DNA of 64,000 nucleotides. Origin: Andalucia godoyi And28 (taxonomy: Eukaryota; Protista; Jakobida). The position numbers were made by a program, and so were the translations under genes. Below the pieces are notes generated by a model. It saw only the letters and a program-made list of their open reading frames with translations, ran no database searches and was not told where the DNA came from. Each line of letters opens with the position of its first letter. The first letter of the stretch is position 1. Positions 10,752-21,992 of the stretch are shown here, in pieces. The stretch is from positions 31,506-95,505 of the forward strand of contig VRVR01000045.1 of the NCBI GenBank assembly GCA_009859145.1, read 5' to 3'.

Positions 10752-11533
10752 TTACTGTCCGCTGTGCAAAGCGCACCAAGGAAAACACACTTGAAGAATT
10801 TGACGAAGAGCTGTTTTCAATGCAAAATTCTTCGGCATCGGACAGTGAGCATGCGTGACCGGCTTCAGGAGCAGGCACCATTTTTTGTTGATTTTTTGCT
10901 GTGTGCATTCGTATGTCAAAAACACGACTGTCATATTGTGCTGTCGGTTTGGGGATGGCTTGAACAAACCTCTTCTTGCACGGTGGATGCAGCATATTCC
11001 TGTATCCGCGTTCTTCAGTCCTGGAAAACGTGTTCTATGATAATGCCATCGCAGCAGCATTCAGGAAAACTCCGTATTCTTCTAATCTAAATTCATATTT
11101 TCTGTTTCGAATTCCTTCCCCATTTTTGCAAATCTTCCCTTCATTCTATTTTCTTTTCTTTCACACGGTTTTTTTCCAAGCAAGGCGATGTGCACATGGT
11201 CGACTTTTCGAGAAGCGGTCTCTACGGTTTGATTCAGCGTGTGGATTTGCTTTTTTTTGTCGAGGAAGATTTGCCCGGCGATTGGCCACAAACTCTGAAG
11301 TTGGCAGTACGAACAATATCGGTAAAACCCATCGCAGATGGCAATATCTCCAGAAACTCGACGATGTGGGAGGGCCACGCTTCGTCTGGAAAGCGGATCA
11401 CGCTTCTCATTCGGAATGCGGCAACTATAGCACCAGGAAAAGATTTTGAAGTACGCTGGATGGAGAGGATGCCTCGAAAAGACAGAAACCGAAGGATCTG
11501 GTGAAGAATGGAAAGCGGTATATCGGCGATCAT
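10752..11533 (-). pseudogene. Short or frameshifted F-box gene remnant
   Basis: MIADIPLSILHQILRFLSFRGILSIQRTSKSF fits the F-box pattern. The frame closes after 99 aa, and protein-like text continues in other frames (11082-11310 and 10752-11060). Confidence 0.4.
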
Positions 11534-13469
11534 AGTGGTATTTCATTGGGAAAAGAAAAAGGGAAGAAGAAGATACTCTCAACGAGACATCTTTTCTTTC
11601 ATATCATAAAAAAGCCACGAATTTTGCTTGTCAAGTATTCCCGCTTGCTGCAGAATCGTTTTCTGTGGGTTTACTTTATTGGGAAATGCTATCGATGCCG
11701 TCGCCGGACGTTTCTCAAAGACCAAAGTTTTCGTCAAGCATCTTCGACCTGTGGCTGCCCATTCAGGATGCCCGACGGGACGTTTGTATACGGTCTGCGG
11801 TCGTTCCACCAATCATAGTGTCCTGGATTCTGCTTATTGTGCGGGATCTCTCGAGGCCGGTCATGGGTCCATTCTATTCCCATTCATTCACTTTCCTACG
11901 GAAGTTCCCGACAGGACACTCGGAAGGTTGGATTTGAATGTATAGATCCAGGCTTTTACAGACAGGGGGGGTCAGTCCTCGCAGAACCGATGGTGTTCTG
12001 GGGGTTGTGCAAGAGTTTCATAATGCCTTTTAATTACGATCTTCGAGACGGTCGTGCGGGCTTGCTTCGATCCAAGCCAATCTCCCAGCCAACGAGGCAT
12101 GCTTCTGGCGGCTGGAATATTGCTTACAGCGTCGATTTATTCTCGCAGACTGAATTGTCACCGTTCAGCGATGACGAAGGTGAAAATGCAGTTCGATATT
12201 TGGCCATGCGCGCTTATGAGGGTTATAACCACAAAAATTTGATTTTTCTCGTGTCCAAAAGGATGCATCGACTAGCTCAAATGCCTCTGTGGAAGGTCGC
12301 ATTGCGCGTGTTTTATGCTGCTCGAAGCGACGCTGTGATGATCTGTCGCACTCCTACTGTGTGATGGAATGGGCAAGAATTTTGGAGATTTGTGTTACAA
12401 TAAAAGGCATTTCAGCTAATACCGGTAAAGACGAGTGTCGTCATGTTCTTCCCTGCTCACGTGCGTCACGAAAAGGAATTTGTGGCAACATTTGCTTACC
12501 AGGAACTATCCAATAATGTAGGATCTTCGTGTTCGCATGCACCTCTTCCTGTCAGTGTTCCTCTCACGATGGCAGCCGCCACCTGCGAAGAGCAGACACG
12601 ATCTTAGTTCGACTTTGATGGTCTTCCAATCTCCTTCTTGTCTTGGCATGGCTTTCTCTGTTGTTTGACAAGTATGTGCACAAAAAGCCAGTAAAACAAA
12701 CTGAATGTTCATGCGTTTCCATTGCATGCTGAGCTCGAGAGAGGTCGCTGGTGCACGCCTGCTGCCAAGCATCTGCATCACAGAAATCCACTGCACCGTC
12801 GCCGGGCATCGCAGCAGTACAAGACATCAGCCGGGACCCCCGAAAGACTCCTAATGCGCGCCGACACCGTGCAGGCAGAGTGTTTCGAAACGGGTTGCAC
12901 CTTGCATCGGGCTCCGGTTCAATTTTTTTTTTTGTTGCTGTCCCGCTCCCGCCACTTGTGCAGCACCAAAAAGACCATCTTGTTTTTTAGCTAAACTCTG
13001 ATCAGTTACCACATTTTCCTTCTTCCTCCTCAACGATTCCCTGTCTCTGCAGCATCCCCGATCACAAGCAACGGCATCAACAATCACCATGACAAGCAAG
13101 CATCTCAGAGCAGCCACATCCGATTTCCGTGCGTGTCTGCTGCTGCAGTTTGACGGCAAGGAGCAGCGGCCTTGACCTCCTTGTCGCAGGAAAAATGGGG
13201 AGGGGGTCGAGAGAAGGCTCCGCCGGCGCTCTTGCATCGCAGTCGGTCAGTGGCGTCGGAGTCGCAATCGCTCATCGAGACCTGCTGATGGGGAATGAAT
13301 GCGCACAATCGTTCTGTCGCAGCAGAGAGCATCGCCCAAAAATGCTTGCTGCCCTTGCTGGACAAGAGCAGAAAATGTTTGATTTTGTTCCCCTCCTTTA
13401 CTCGCTGTGTGCAAATTTGCTTGTTGACTCCTGCCTTCACCTTGATTCTTCTGGAAACAAATAAAAACA

Positions 13470-14528
13470 ATGTGGGAGTATTTGGCATCTCCGTCCTTGG
13501 TCCAGAAGATTCTCCTGGTCCTTGCGGCAGTGGTTGTCCTGCGCTTGGCCATTTCTTCTCAGACTCGGCTCTTCGCTGGCTCGTATGCGCCAAACCAACG
13601 ACCAATGATCCGCGTTATCGTGATGGCAACCCCGGATCGCCTGTCATTTCTGGAAGAGGCTGAGCGAACTTGGCTGCAAGACTGGGATCCAGACCGGGTG
13701 TTCATCGTTGGAGATCGCGATTCCAATCAAGAAATAGTGCCGTTTCCGGCGTCTGTGCTGCACAGCCAGCGAAGATTTCTCTATCCTTCGTATCTTCGTA
13801 CGATCCCATCCTCCAGGGACAGCGCGCAACTGTTTCATCGCTGGTTTTTCGCTGCGGTTGAAATACTGCGCATGCATCCAGACACGGAATGGGTTCTGCG
13901 AGTCTGCGACGATACGTATGTCGTCAAGGAGAATCTGGAAGCCTCCTTACACGGTGTCGACTTTCGTGCAATGTCGTTTATGGGACAAGCGTCGATAACA
14001 TATCCACAAGGAGCAAAATGGCCAGTGAAACACAAGGAAGATGTGGAGTTGTTTTCCGCCCTGCACCCTGGTGGCGGAGCAGGATGGCTCGTCAGTCGAC
14101 GGCTTGTAGAGTGGATGTCCGTCAATCCGCAGACTGTGGATGCCAACACCCATCTCATGATGTTCAACGATGACGTTTTTTCAGGGTACTTCTTTTTGAA
14201 GGAAGCCGGAGTGGTGATGAAAAACCATGCTGGATTTGTGCAGGAACCGCGCTCCCTGGAGAATGATTTGAAGACGCTCTCGCACTGTCCAAGAGACCTT
14301 CCCCTCTACCAGCTGTCCCCTCTCTCTGACTGGGGTCCCATCATGCCCATGTTTCCGACTCGGTGGCCCGATTTGTCAGTCTTCCACACTTCTTCGCCGT
14401 CCATGTTCCGAGCACTGAGGGACGTTGCGACGTACAAGGAGAGACATCGGGTTCGCTTCTCGATCTCTCCGATGGATCAGCCAATCGTTCAGCTTCATGG
14501 TTCGAATTTTACGCTTTGTCTAGAATAA
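13470..14528 (+). CDS. GT31-family (Fringe/beta-1,3-glycosyltransferase-like) type II membrane protein
   Basis: N-terminal TM helix, then AERTWL, WVLRVCDDTYV (DxD-like), GGGAGWLVSR and DDVFSG motifs typical of GT31. Confidence 0.75.
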   Translation: MWEYLASPSLVQKILLVLAAVVVLRLAISSQTRLFAGSYAPNQRPMIRVIVMATPDRLSFLEEAERTWLQDWDPDRVFIVGDRDSNQEIVPFPASVLHSQRRFLYPSYLRTIPSSRDSAQLFHRWFFAAVEILRMHPDTEWVLRVCDDTYVVKENLEASLHGVDFRAMSFMGQASITYPQGAKWPVKHKEDVELFSALHPGGGAGWLVSRRLVEWMSVNPQTVDANTHLMMFNDDVFSGYFFLKEAGVVMKNHAGFVQEPRSLENDLKTLSHCPRDLPLYQLSPLSDWGPIMPMFPTRWPDLSVFHTSSPSMFRALRDVATYKERHRVRFSISPMDQPIVQLHGSNFTLCLE

Positions 14529-14926
14529 CATGTGGACATTTTTCTGCAAAGCCATTGGCAAAGCAGTTGATGCACCAAGAGAGCGCACACAGGTGGAAAC
14601 GCGGGTGCGTTGCTGCAAGATTCCAGCGACCGTGCAGACGGACCCCGTCCCGGCACTGACTCTGCGCCCGGCGTCCGGCTCGTGCTTTGTCACTGGGTGG
14701 CAGAACGCCCGTCGCGATGCACGGGACCGTGGACGGAATCGCGAAAAACCAATCATTCCCCCAGATTGCTTTTTTGGGGGAATGGGCTGGTGGAGAGAAA
14801 AGGATTGGGTTTGTGTGGAATCCTTGCAAACCGCTACACTCCACGTCCATCACGGTGTAGCGAACAGAGAACATGGTGTTTTCGAATGGGGAAAACGCCA
14901 CGGGATCACCAGCAACATTCTCGCTC

Positions 14927-16471
14927 CTACATCAAAGAACACGAGAAGCCAAGACAGCTTACGCTCGCAGATTGTCCATCGCGAGAGTCTGCATTCGAGA
15001 ATTCGGCATGCAGCTGATCCGACACTTCAAAGTTATCTTCGTTGATCACTCCCGCTGGCGCCAGGCTTCTTAGTGTCCTTCTGTATGCCAAGAGCGCACG
15101 ATCATTTACGCGGACAATGCTGCCGGAGACGTCGTTCAGGGAATGGCTGCCAAGATGCGGAACGCCCGGACCGAAGATTCTGCCGGAGCTGTCCATGCAT
15201 CCGATCAGCTTTGTCAAATCAATCAGCAGAGGTCTGTCAGCGTCCTCCGTGGACAAGTCTTCTGGAAACAAGCGCAGCCATGGATCGAAAAACGTGCGGT
15301 AGGCATGCACGATATCCGCGGATGGAATCCAGGCGACGCACAGCCGCGGAGCGCCCACCAGAGCAACACGGTACGGATATGGCCCTGCACCTTCCGAATC
15401 GTCGTCGCCATCCTCTGCATCCACTGCACGCACTGCACCGCCACTGCTGCCCGGCTCAGGATACCCGGCAGTCGTGACCTCCAGGTACCGCAAGTGAGGC
15501 AGAAATGGAATCACAAAGTCGCGTCCGAGCATCGCAGTGGACAGATGGACGGACAACTGCAGGAGCTGCGTAAAGTGCGCTACGTTCGAGTCCATTGATT
15601 CTGCGCAGTTCATGATGCGTAAATAGTGAATCGAGTCCGTATTTGCGAGTCGATACCACGGCTCGCTTCCGCCGTCCAGTACCAAATCTCGGATCCCAGC
15701 ACAGTCGACAAGAAGCGGACGTTCCGCGATGCAGGTCTTCCGCACATGGCACAGCAGATCCAGATATCCACGGTGAAACGAAGCCAGCTTCAGCGGTCTG
15801 CCGAATTCGCAGCTGTCGACCACAACCTTCATGGCGGCGACAGGAAACGTCGGATACATGTCGAGCACAGATCGTTCGAATTCCGATGCCACGCACTCTT
15901 CGACGACGACTCGCAGCGTCTGTTCATACGCCGTCAGCTCCTCCATGTGGTGCAGGCTTGCCAGGTTCTTCAGAACGATGGTCAGCGACCGCACACGCGG
16001 GTCAAGACACAGGTTAAGCACCGATAGCTGGAACGTCGTCGCAAACTGAATGACGAGCGTCCACGGCCCCTCCGCACCCCGTGCATCAAGGAACCCAATG
16101 ACCTCGTGTGGAATCCTTCCGTCCGCAGACAAGAACGCAATGCCCAGCTCAGAACGCCCGATGTTTCTCCACACGTCGCTCGACGGCGCACTGCTGTCCT
16201 GCTCCGTGTCCGACGGGCGGTCATGGAACGGCAGCGAATTCCACCAAACCCACGCCGCGCGCCGCGCCACAACATGGTCAAAGCACCGGTAAAGCCCCTT
16301 CAGCACCAGCTTCTCCCGCACAGAATCCAAAATATCAACGGTCGTAATGTGCACTGGAGCTGCTGTAGACGACGCCACAAACCACGACTTGCACGTCAGC
16401 GAGATCCGGGCCCGCGTCCACACGTCCAGAAACGAAAATGCCCTCAAAAGAACCTTTTCGTCCTGCATCAT
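14927..16471 (-). CDS. F-box protein with uncharacterised C-terminal region
   Basis: ATG at 16471, then DEKVLLRAFSFLDVWTRARISLTCKSW (F-box); long uninterrupted GC-rich ORF. Confidence 0.7.
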   Translation of the reverse strand: MMQDEKVLLRAFSFLDVWTRARISLTCKSWFVASSTAAPVHITTVDILDSVREKLVLKGLYRCFDHVVARRAAWVWWNSLPFHDRPSDTEQDSSAPSSDVWRNIGRSELGIAFLSADGRIPHEVIGFLDARGAEGPWTLVIQFATTFQLSVLNLCLDPRVRSLTIVLKNLASLHHMEELTAYEQTLRVVVEECVASEFERSVLDMYPTFPVAAMKVVVDSCEFGRPLKLASFHRGYLDLLCHVRKTCIAERPLLVDCAGIRDLVLDGGSEPWYRLANTDSIHYLRIMNCAESMDSNVAHFTQLLQLSVHLSTAMLGRDFVIPFLPHLRYLEVTTAGYPEPGSSGGAVRAVDAEDGDDDSEGAGPYPYRVALVGAPRLCVAWIPSADIVHAYRTFFDPWLRLFPEDLSTEDADRPLLIDLTKLIGCMDSSGRIFGPGVPHLGSHSLNDVSGSIVRVNDRALLAYRRTLRSLAPAGVINEDNFEVSDQLHAEFSNADSRDGQSASVSCLGFSCSLM

Positions 16472-16695
16472 TTCAGTACACTTACTCGCCAAACAAGCAG
16501 AAACGATGGCGGCAAAAGAAGCAAATATCAATACTTAATAGACTCCTATGAATGATAAAATGCACACTCTATAGTCCTTTAGAAACGCATCACTCTTTAT
16601 TCCCGTCTTTTGGCCCTTGAGTGTACAACTTCGCTTACAGCTAGCATCAAGCAATTTTATTCTCTCCCCGTCAAAATAGGAATGATCCGGTTTAA

Positions 16696-19600
16696 TCAAA
16701 TTACGGGCGCTGCGGATGCGAGGAGGACGACACTGGGGAGCGTGGACAAAAAGTCGGAAAAGGCAAATTTGCGTAGCTTGCGGGCGTTGAGAACGGTCAG
16801 GAACTCTGCATCGGAACCGAGAGGCACGGATCCAAAGAGTATCATACAGGCCCGTCGGAACGCATCGATGGACATCAGAGAGTCTGCCTCGCCGACACAT
16901 GCACTTTCGAACACGTCGCGCAATGCAGACTTGAGATCTCCAGATTCCACGTACACCTTTCTTGACGCAAGGGCAAGTTCGCGAGCCTCGTAAAACGCAA
17001 CGACTCCAGAGAGAAACGTGTCAAAGTCAAAAACGGGCTCTCTCATGTCTTGCATTGCCGCACGGCCGCGCATTCGGTTCTTCGAGGTGTCTACTGGCGG
17101 CAGAGCGTCGAGGAACGTGACGACCTCGGTCTCCGAAGGCGACGAGTCCCACTGACTGACCACGGATGAGAGCACCTCAAAGGCACGGGAACGCAAAAGG
17201 ACCAGCTGGCTGTGCGACTGGACGCTTGGCTGCAGGAACCCGAGACCAACCGAGTTCAGCTTGTTCAGCACCAGCAGGTAGCACTTCAAAGCAAGCGAGT
17301 CGTGCTTCTCCAGTAAAAAGTCCACAAACGTCTTGACTCGTAGCGACTGGTGCTTCATTGACTCGGTGGACACGGAGAAATCTAGGAAGTTCTGCTCGGC
17401 AATCTTTCTCAACCCAAAGCGAGTCGCAAAGATTTCAAACGCAGCATCCGACATGCGAATGTCGGACAGGTTGGACGAAATAATTGTCGAGTACACGTTG
17501 GCAAGATTCTTCAGCACCCAAGGCAGCGCACGAAGGCGTCCCTGGCCACTCTTGCTGTTTTTCAGCTTCTCGAGCTGCAACGACAGCGTCGCCTCGGCCC
17601 GGCGCTCTCGCATAACTTCCAGCAAACGGCCAACAACTAGCGACGAAAGCGACAAGACAATGTCCGTCGCCTTTTTGTCCTCCTTCAGGTCCAATTCAGA
17701 CTGCAACGACTGCTCGGACTGCTTCGCAGACAGCTGCGACACTGAGTCTGCCTGTGCCAACGACGCGGGGTGGGGAGTCGGAGGAGTGAGAGGCTTCACG
17801 CCACGGGCAACGGTCCGCTTTCGAAGAGAAAGAAGCGCAATAATAGAATGCACGCGTGAGAAGAATGATCGATATCGCTTCTCTGGCTTCTTGATTCCAG
17901 ATTCCCAGTCAAAGTGCGTGGGATACGTTTGTGCTCGCGAGATCCGATCATCTTCGTCCATGTCCTCGTACATGTCGAGCTGCTGCAGCTCAGGAAGCGT
18001 TGCAACACTGGATGCACGATCCGAGCCAGCATCCGACTCGGCGTCCGAGTCGCTGTGGTCATCTGCTCGGCCTTGCTCGCCTTCGAGGGCCTTCTGGAGA
18101 TCGCTTTCAATGGACGACGTCATAGAGTGTCGAGGATACGTAATTCTGCCGACATACTCTGAGAATTTGATGGACGGGCGGGACCTATTGGTCCCTTCTC
18201 CAGAGTCCTGGGTACGCTGGGTGTTCAGCCCGCCACGAGAAGGATCGCGATTCGCGCCGCCAAGAACCGGCTTGATGCGCGACAGGATTGGCGTGATTGC
18301 GCTCCCGGAGGATGACGAGCCGGTGGCCGGAGCACCTGCGGTGGAATTCGATGGCATGTTCCATTGTTGGACTTCTGGAGAGCGTGTCGTCGATGGAGAG
18401 CGTCCAGAGCGATTGACATGCTCCACATCGCTGCGAGCAGACCTCGAAGAGTCCGGAGACCCAGTCAGACCGTTGGACGATCCAGGTACCTGAAGAGTCA
18501 TGGACTGGTCCCTTGCACTCTTTGTCGACGCCAATGCGGTCGTGGGTGCCGACCCCGGCGCCACAGCAGACGTGGTCGTGGGAGTGGACGCGGACATACC
18601 GCTCTCAAACATGCCAAGAGGCTCCCGGTCGAGCACCGCGGGAGACCGCTGGGACGACAGCGTGGAGCCACTTCTTGCCCTTCCGTCTCTCTTATCCGAC
18701 GCTTTGGCAGCACGGACATTAGACGGACCGTCTTGGTCTTTTGTGCCCTGCTTCTTGGAGGACGGAGACGTGTCTTTCCGCTTGCTCACCGAGGAGGATC
18801 CCTCAGGCTCCACAACCTCTGGAGGCGCAGCAAGAGCATCCCTTACCGTCGAGCTCGGACCGGTCTTCGTAGCGGCTTTCCCTCTCTTCGTCTTTGTGAA
18901 CTTTGCTGCTGCAAGACTCGACGATGTGGCTGCACCGGAACTGGAACTGGGAGCATCCCCCGATTTGGATTTCTTCTTGGTCTTCTTTCCAGATTCTGCT
19001 TTGTGCTCCGTCGCATCCGGCGAATGTCGGCGCGAGGACTGCTGCGACGGCGGCCGATATTCGTGATCCACTTGGAAATCATCGTCAGGAAGCTCATCTT
19101 CAACCTCTTCGAGAATGCTACCAGTCCGATAAACGCTACGACTTCCGCTGCCACCACCACCGCTGGCAGAGTGTGGGCTCACATCCCTCTTGGATCCATC
19201 AGCTGCAGCAATGGACGACAAGAGCTGCTGCTGCTGCTGCTGCTGCTGCTCTCCAGCATGCTTTCTTCGAATGGAATCCTCCGTAAGAGTTCGAACCTGC
19301 AGTCCAACACTGCGCGTTTCCTTTGGGGCCTGGACGCGGGCGATCTGGGCGCTGTCATCTATGTGCGCCTCCAGCTCTGCGTTGAGAGACTGGACCTGGT
19401 CAAACAACCGGGCATTTCGCTCCTTTTCGAAATGCACCTCGGATCTCAACACCGCAGCCTCCTCTTTGAACGAGTCCACCTCTTTCTGCAGCTCCTCCGA
19501 GCGATCTCGTCCAGACGAGGATACCTTCTCAAAGAACGCGAAAATGCCGTCGAACATATCTGGAAGCTCTTGCGCCAACCCTGCGATGCTTGCAACTGGG

Positions 19601-21939
19601 TCCGTCATATTTCCAGATGAGGAGGCTGATGCCGCTGCCGCCGAGTTTGTTCTTCCATGCACCCCGCTTTGCGGCTTTGATAGAGCAGCGGGGGCCAGCT
19701 TCTCGACGATCTCGTGTGGAAACTCTGAAAAATGCGCGAATGCACGCTGCGTTTTCGCGAGCCTGCTCAGGCCATTGCGGACCGCAGCAATTTCGTTCCT
19801 GTGCTCGTTGGCCGCGAGCCTGGACTGCACGGCGACGCACAGTCCTGCCAAGGAATCAAACACCTGCTTGAAGGCAGATGACTGGTGTCGATTGCGATCT
19901 TCCACCTCCATCGTCATTTTCAACTGCATCTGATGAGATGCCTTGGCCTTTTCGACGTCCAACTCAAGATCTCGAATCTTTTGTCGAAGCGCTTCGTTGA
20001 CTGGGTCGACTTGATTGTACATCATTTCTTCATCCGAATCGGAAAAGTCGACATCTGCCAGGGATTCTTCTCCAGATGGTCGCGGCTTGCGCGTGGCGGA
20101 GCGAGCATGAGGAATCTCGTCTGCGTCGTTCTCTTCATCCCCTTCGTCCTGGTCAACGCTCCCAGCCTTTTCAACCTTCCACGCTTTGTTCCCTTTGGCA
20201 TCCTTGTGATCCTTGGCGTCCCTGTCGTCCTTGGCATCCTTGTCGCCCTTCACAGAACTCGATTCGGATGAAGGGACGGCTTCTTCCAGCGAGTCGTCTT
20301 GTGGCGCATGGGCGTCTTCGCCCGAACTGACAGCATCCTCAATGACGACAGTTCCAGCCGAACCAGATGACGTTCGTCTGGAATGCTGTCGCCGTTTGGA
20401 AGACCCGTCTGCCTTCTCGGAGTCCTCGCCAACGGACTCTGTTTCAGTCTCTGAAAACGTCGTTGTGTGTCGGTGCGTCGAAATCTGCGAGCCGTCCTCT
20501 TGCTTCATGTTCGCCATGGAGGGCTGCGACTGCAACGAGTAGCGACTGACTTGCCTGAGCAGCTGCCCAAACTTGTCCTTCATCTTGTTCAGGCGCTGGA
20601 TGGACGGCGACTGAGAGTGCGGGACATACGACCCTCCCATAGCCCTATCGAGGGCAGAGCCCTGGCTGTCCAAGGCCTTCAGAATCCGGTTCATCTTGTC
20701 CTCTTCTTCCTTGAGCCGCCGCATCTCCTGCTGCTTTTCCGAAATCATGTTTGCAATCTGACCAGGCTCCACATCGGCCCAACGCATCATCAGTCTGCGC
20801 TTCTCTGCACCCTCATCGTCCGAATCATTACCGTCTGCAAGCATCGGCAGCGCAACCTTTCGATTCGTCTCAATCTCCCATGCCCGAAGCGACTTTCCTG
20901 CTCGCTTCACATTCTGCTGTGCATCTGTCCAGACATTCAAAATCTCGCGCTGACGCTGTCTATACTGATTAAGCGTTTCGCGGTCCTCCAACGTGCGTGC
21001 AATGAATGCTTTCGCAGAACCTTTTCGTGAAAACCCTGCCAGCCCTTTGCCCCCCGACCGTGGTCTTGCTGGCATATCCGGGGCATACAGCGGGTCCAGC
21101 TTCAACTTTGCTCGTGCGGGCTGCGAGGATGATATCGGTCGGTTCGCCATCTGCAGTGTTGCTGCATCTGCCGCGGACTCGGGACGCCGAATCGGAATTG
21201 GGTTCAACCCATCCGGAACGCCCACGTCGGTGGAGAAGCCACCAATGTTCAAGTACTGTCTGAGAACATCCAGTTCTTCTTCGACTTTTTGCTTTTCCAA
21301 ATTCACGGTGCGCAGCTTGTACCGCATCTCCGACGTGGACTCGTGAAACGAACGCTTGACTTGCTCTGCAGATGCCACGGAAACTCGCAATTCCTCCAGA
21401 AACCCCAGCATCTCGGGACTTTTCGAGCGGTGTGCAAAATCCGCTGCAGCCGTCGAAGGCCGAGGGAACACATCCACGATCGAACTCAACGGTACGTCGA
21501 CGACATCCGTGAACAACATCGACTTTTCAGATGCTGAGGCTGAGGCCGAGGTAAGCTCGTCTGGCTTGCTCAAGTGGCTCGCTGGCGATACTCCTCGACC
21601 ACCCCGTCCACCATGCCCACCCCCTGAGGCTGACGACGACGTGCCACGACTGCTCTTGGAAGTCGTGTGTGGCCGAACCATGTTGAGAGACAGGTCCGAT
21701 TGTTCTCCGGCCGCTCTGCCTGGAGACGGCGACCGCGGCCCCTTGATCCCAGCTCGAAAGCGCTGCGCAAACGAAAACGACGTGTCGCCAGCTTTCTTCG
21801 AGCCAGTCGGAGACGTGTCAGAAGGCTTCTTTTCATAATACCAGAAGTTCCCAGAACACTTCAGCTCTGTTTTTTCCGTGTCCGTCCTGTCTGAATTGCT
21901 GGAGTGTGTGTGCTGGTCATGATCCTCGCCGGTTCTCAT
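16696..21939 (-). CDS. Large hypothetical protein (coiled coils, long disordered region, folded C-terminal domain)
   Basis: 1747-aa ORF with several heptad-like segments, Ser/acidic low-complexity tracts, polyQ and a hydrophobic C-terminal ~300 aa. Confidence 0.75.
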   Translation of the reverse strand: MRTGEDHDQHTHSSNSDRTDTEKTELKCSGNFWYYEKKPSDTSPTGSKKAGDTSFSFAQRFRAGIKGPRSPSPGRAAGEQSDLSLNMVRPHTTSKSSRGTSSSASGGGHGGRGGRGVSPASHLSKPDELTSASASASEKSMLFTDVVDVPLSSIVDVFPRPSTAAADFAHRSKSPEMLGFLEELRVSVASAEQVKRSFHESTSEMRYKLRTVNLEKQKVEEELDVLRQYLNIGGFSTDVGVPDGLNPIPIRRPESAADAATLQMANRPISSSQPARAKLKLDPLYAPDMPARPRSGGKGLAGFSRKGSAKAFIARTLEDRETLNQYRQRQREILNVWTDAQQNVKRAGKSLRAWEIETNRKVALPMLADGNDSDDEGAEKRRLMMRWADVEPGQIANMISEKQQEMRRLKEEEDKMNRILKALDSQGSALDRAMGGSYVPHSQSPSIQRLNKMKDKFGQLLRQVSRYSLQSQPSMANMKQEDGSQISTHRHTTTFSETETESVGEDSEKADGSSKRRQHSRRTSSGSAGTVVIEDAVSSGEDAHAPQDDSLEEAVPSSESSSVKGDKDAKDDRDAKDHKDAKGNKAWKVEKAGSVDQDEGDEENDADEIPHARSATRKPRPSGEESLADVDFSDSDEEMMYNQVDPVNEALRQKIRDLELDVEKAKASHQMQLKMTMEVEDRNRHQSSAFKQVFDSLAGLCVAVQSRLAANEHRNEIAAVRNGLSRLAKTQRAFAHFSEFPHEIVEKLAPAALSKPQSGVHGRTNSAAAASASSSGNMTDPVASIAGLAQELPDMFDGIFAFFEKVSSSGRDRSEELQKEVDSFKEEAAVLRSEVHFEKERNARLFDQVQSLNAELEAHIDDSAQIARVQAPKETRSVGLQVRTLTEDSIRRKHAGEQQQQQQQQLLSSIAAADGSKRDVSPHSASGGGGSGSRSVYRTGSILEEVEDELPDDDFQVDHEYRPPSQQSSRRHSPDATEHKAESGKKTKKKSKSGDAPSSSSGAATSSSLAAAKFTKTKRGKAATKTGPSSTVRDALAAPPEVVEPEGSSSVSKRKDTSPSSKKQGTKDQDGPSNVRAAKASDKRDGRARSGSTLSSQRSPAVLDREPLGMFESGMSASTPTTTSAVAPGSAPTTALASTKSARDQSMTLQVPGSSNGLTGSPDSSRSARSDVEHVNRSGRSPSTTRSPEVQQWNMPSNSTAGAPATGSSSSGSAITPILSRIKPVLGGANRDPSRGGLNTQRTQDSGEGTNRSRPSIKFSEYVGRITYPRHSMTSSIESDLQKALEGEQGRADDHSDSDAESDAGSDRASSVATLPELQQLDMYEDMDEDDRISRAQTYPTHFDWESGIKKPEKRYRSFFSRVHSIIALLSLRKRTVARGVKPLTPPTPHPASLAQADSVSQLSAKQSEQSLQSELDLKEDKKATDIVLSLSSLVVGRLLEVMRERRAEATLSLQLEKLKNSKSGQGRLRALPWVLKNLANVYSTIISSNLSDIRMSDAAFEIFATRFGLRKIAEQNFLDFSVSTESMKHQSLRVKTFVDFLLEKHDSLALKCYLLVLNKLNSVGLGFLQPSVQSHSQLVLLRSRAFEVLSSVVSQWDSSPSETEVVTFLDALPPVDTSKNRMRGRAAMQDMREPVFDFDTFLSGVVAFYEARELALASRKVYVESGDLKSALRDVFESACVGEADSLMSIDAFRRACMILFGSVPLGSDAEFLTVLNARKLRKFAFSDFLSTLPSVVLLASAAPVI

Positions 21940-21941
21940 GG

Positions 21942-21942
<1 letters not shown>

Positions 21943-21974
<32 letters not shown>

Positions 21975-21992
21975 CTACCTACCTACCTACCT
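21943..21992. repeat. Compound microsatellite (CT)15 + (ACCT)5
   Basis: Read directly; lies just upstream of the ATG at 21939. Confidence 0.95.

Noticed and set aside
10610-10858. 82-aa acidic ORF
   Set aside because: No motif, and it overlaps the possible F-box remnant on the other strand; cannot be supported.
14530-15045. 171-aa plus-strand ORF
   Set aside because: Overlaps the 3' end of the F-box gene and shows no family signal.
17333-20542. Long plus-strand ORFs opposite the 1747-aa gene (similar ones oppose SMC2, CDC23 and the BFR1-like gene)
   Set aside because: Typical antisense ORFs of GC-rich coding sequence.
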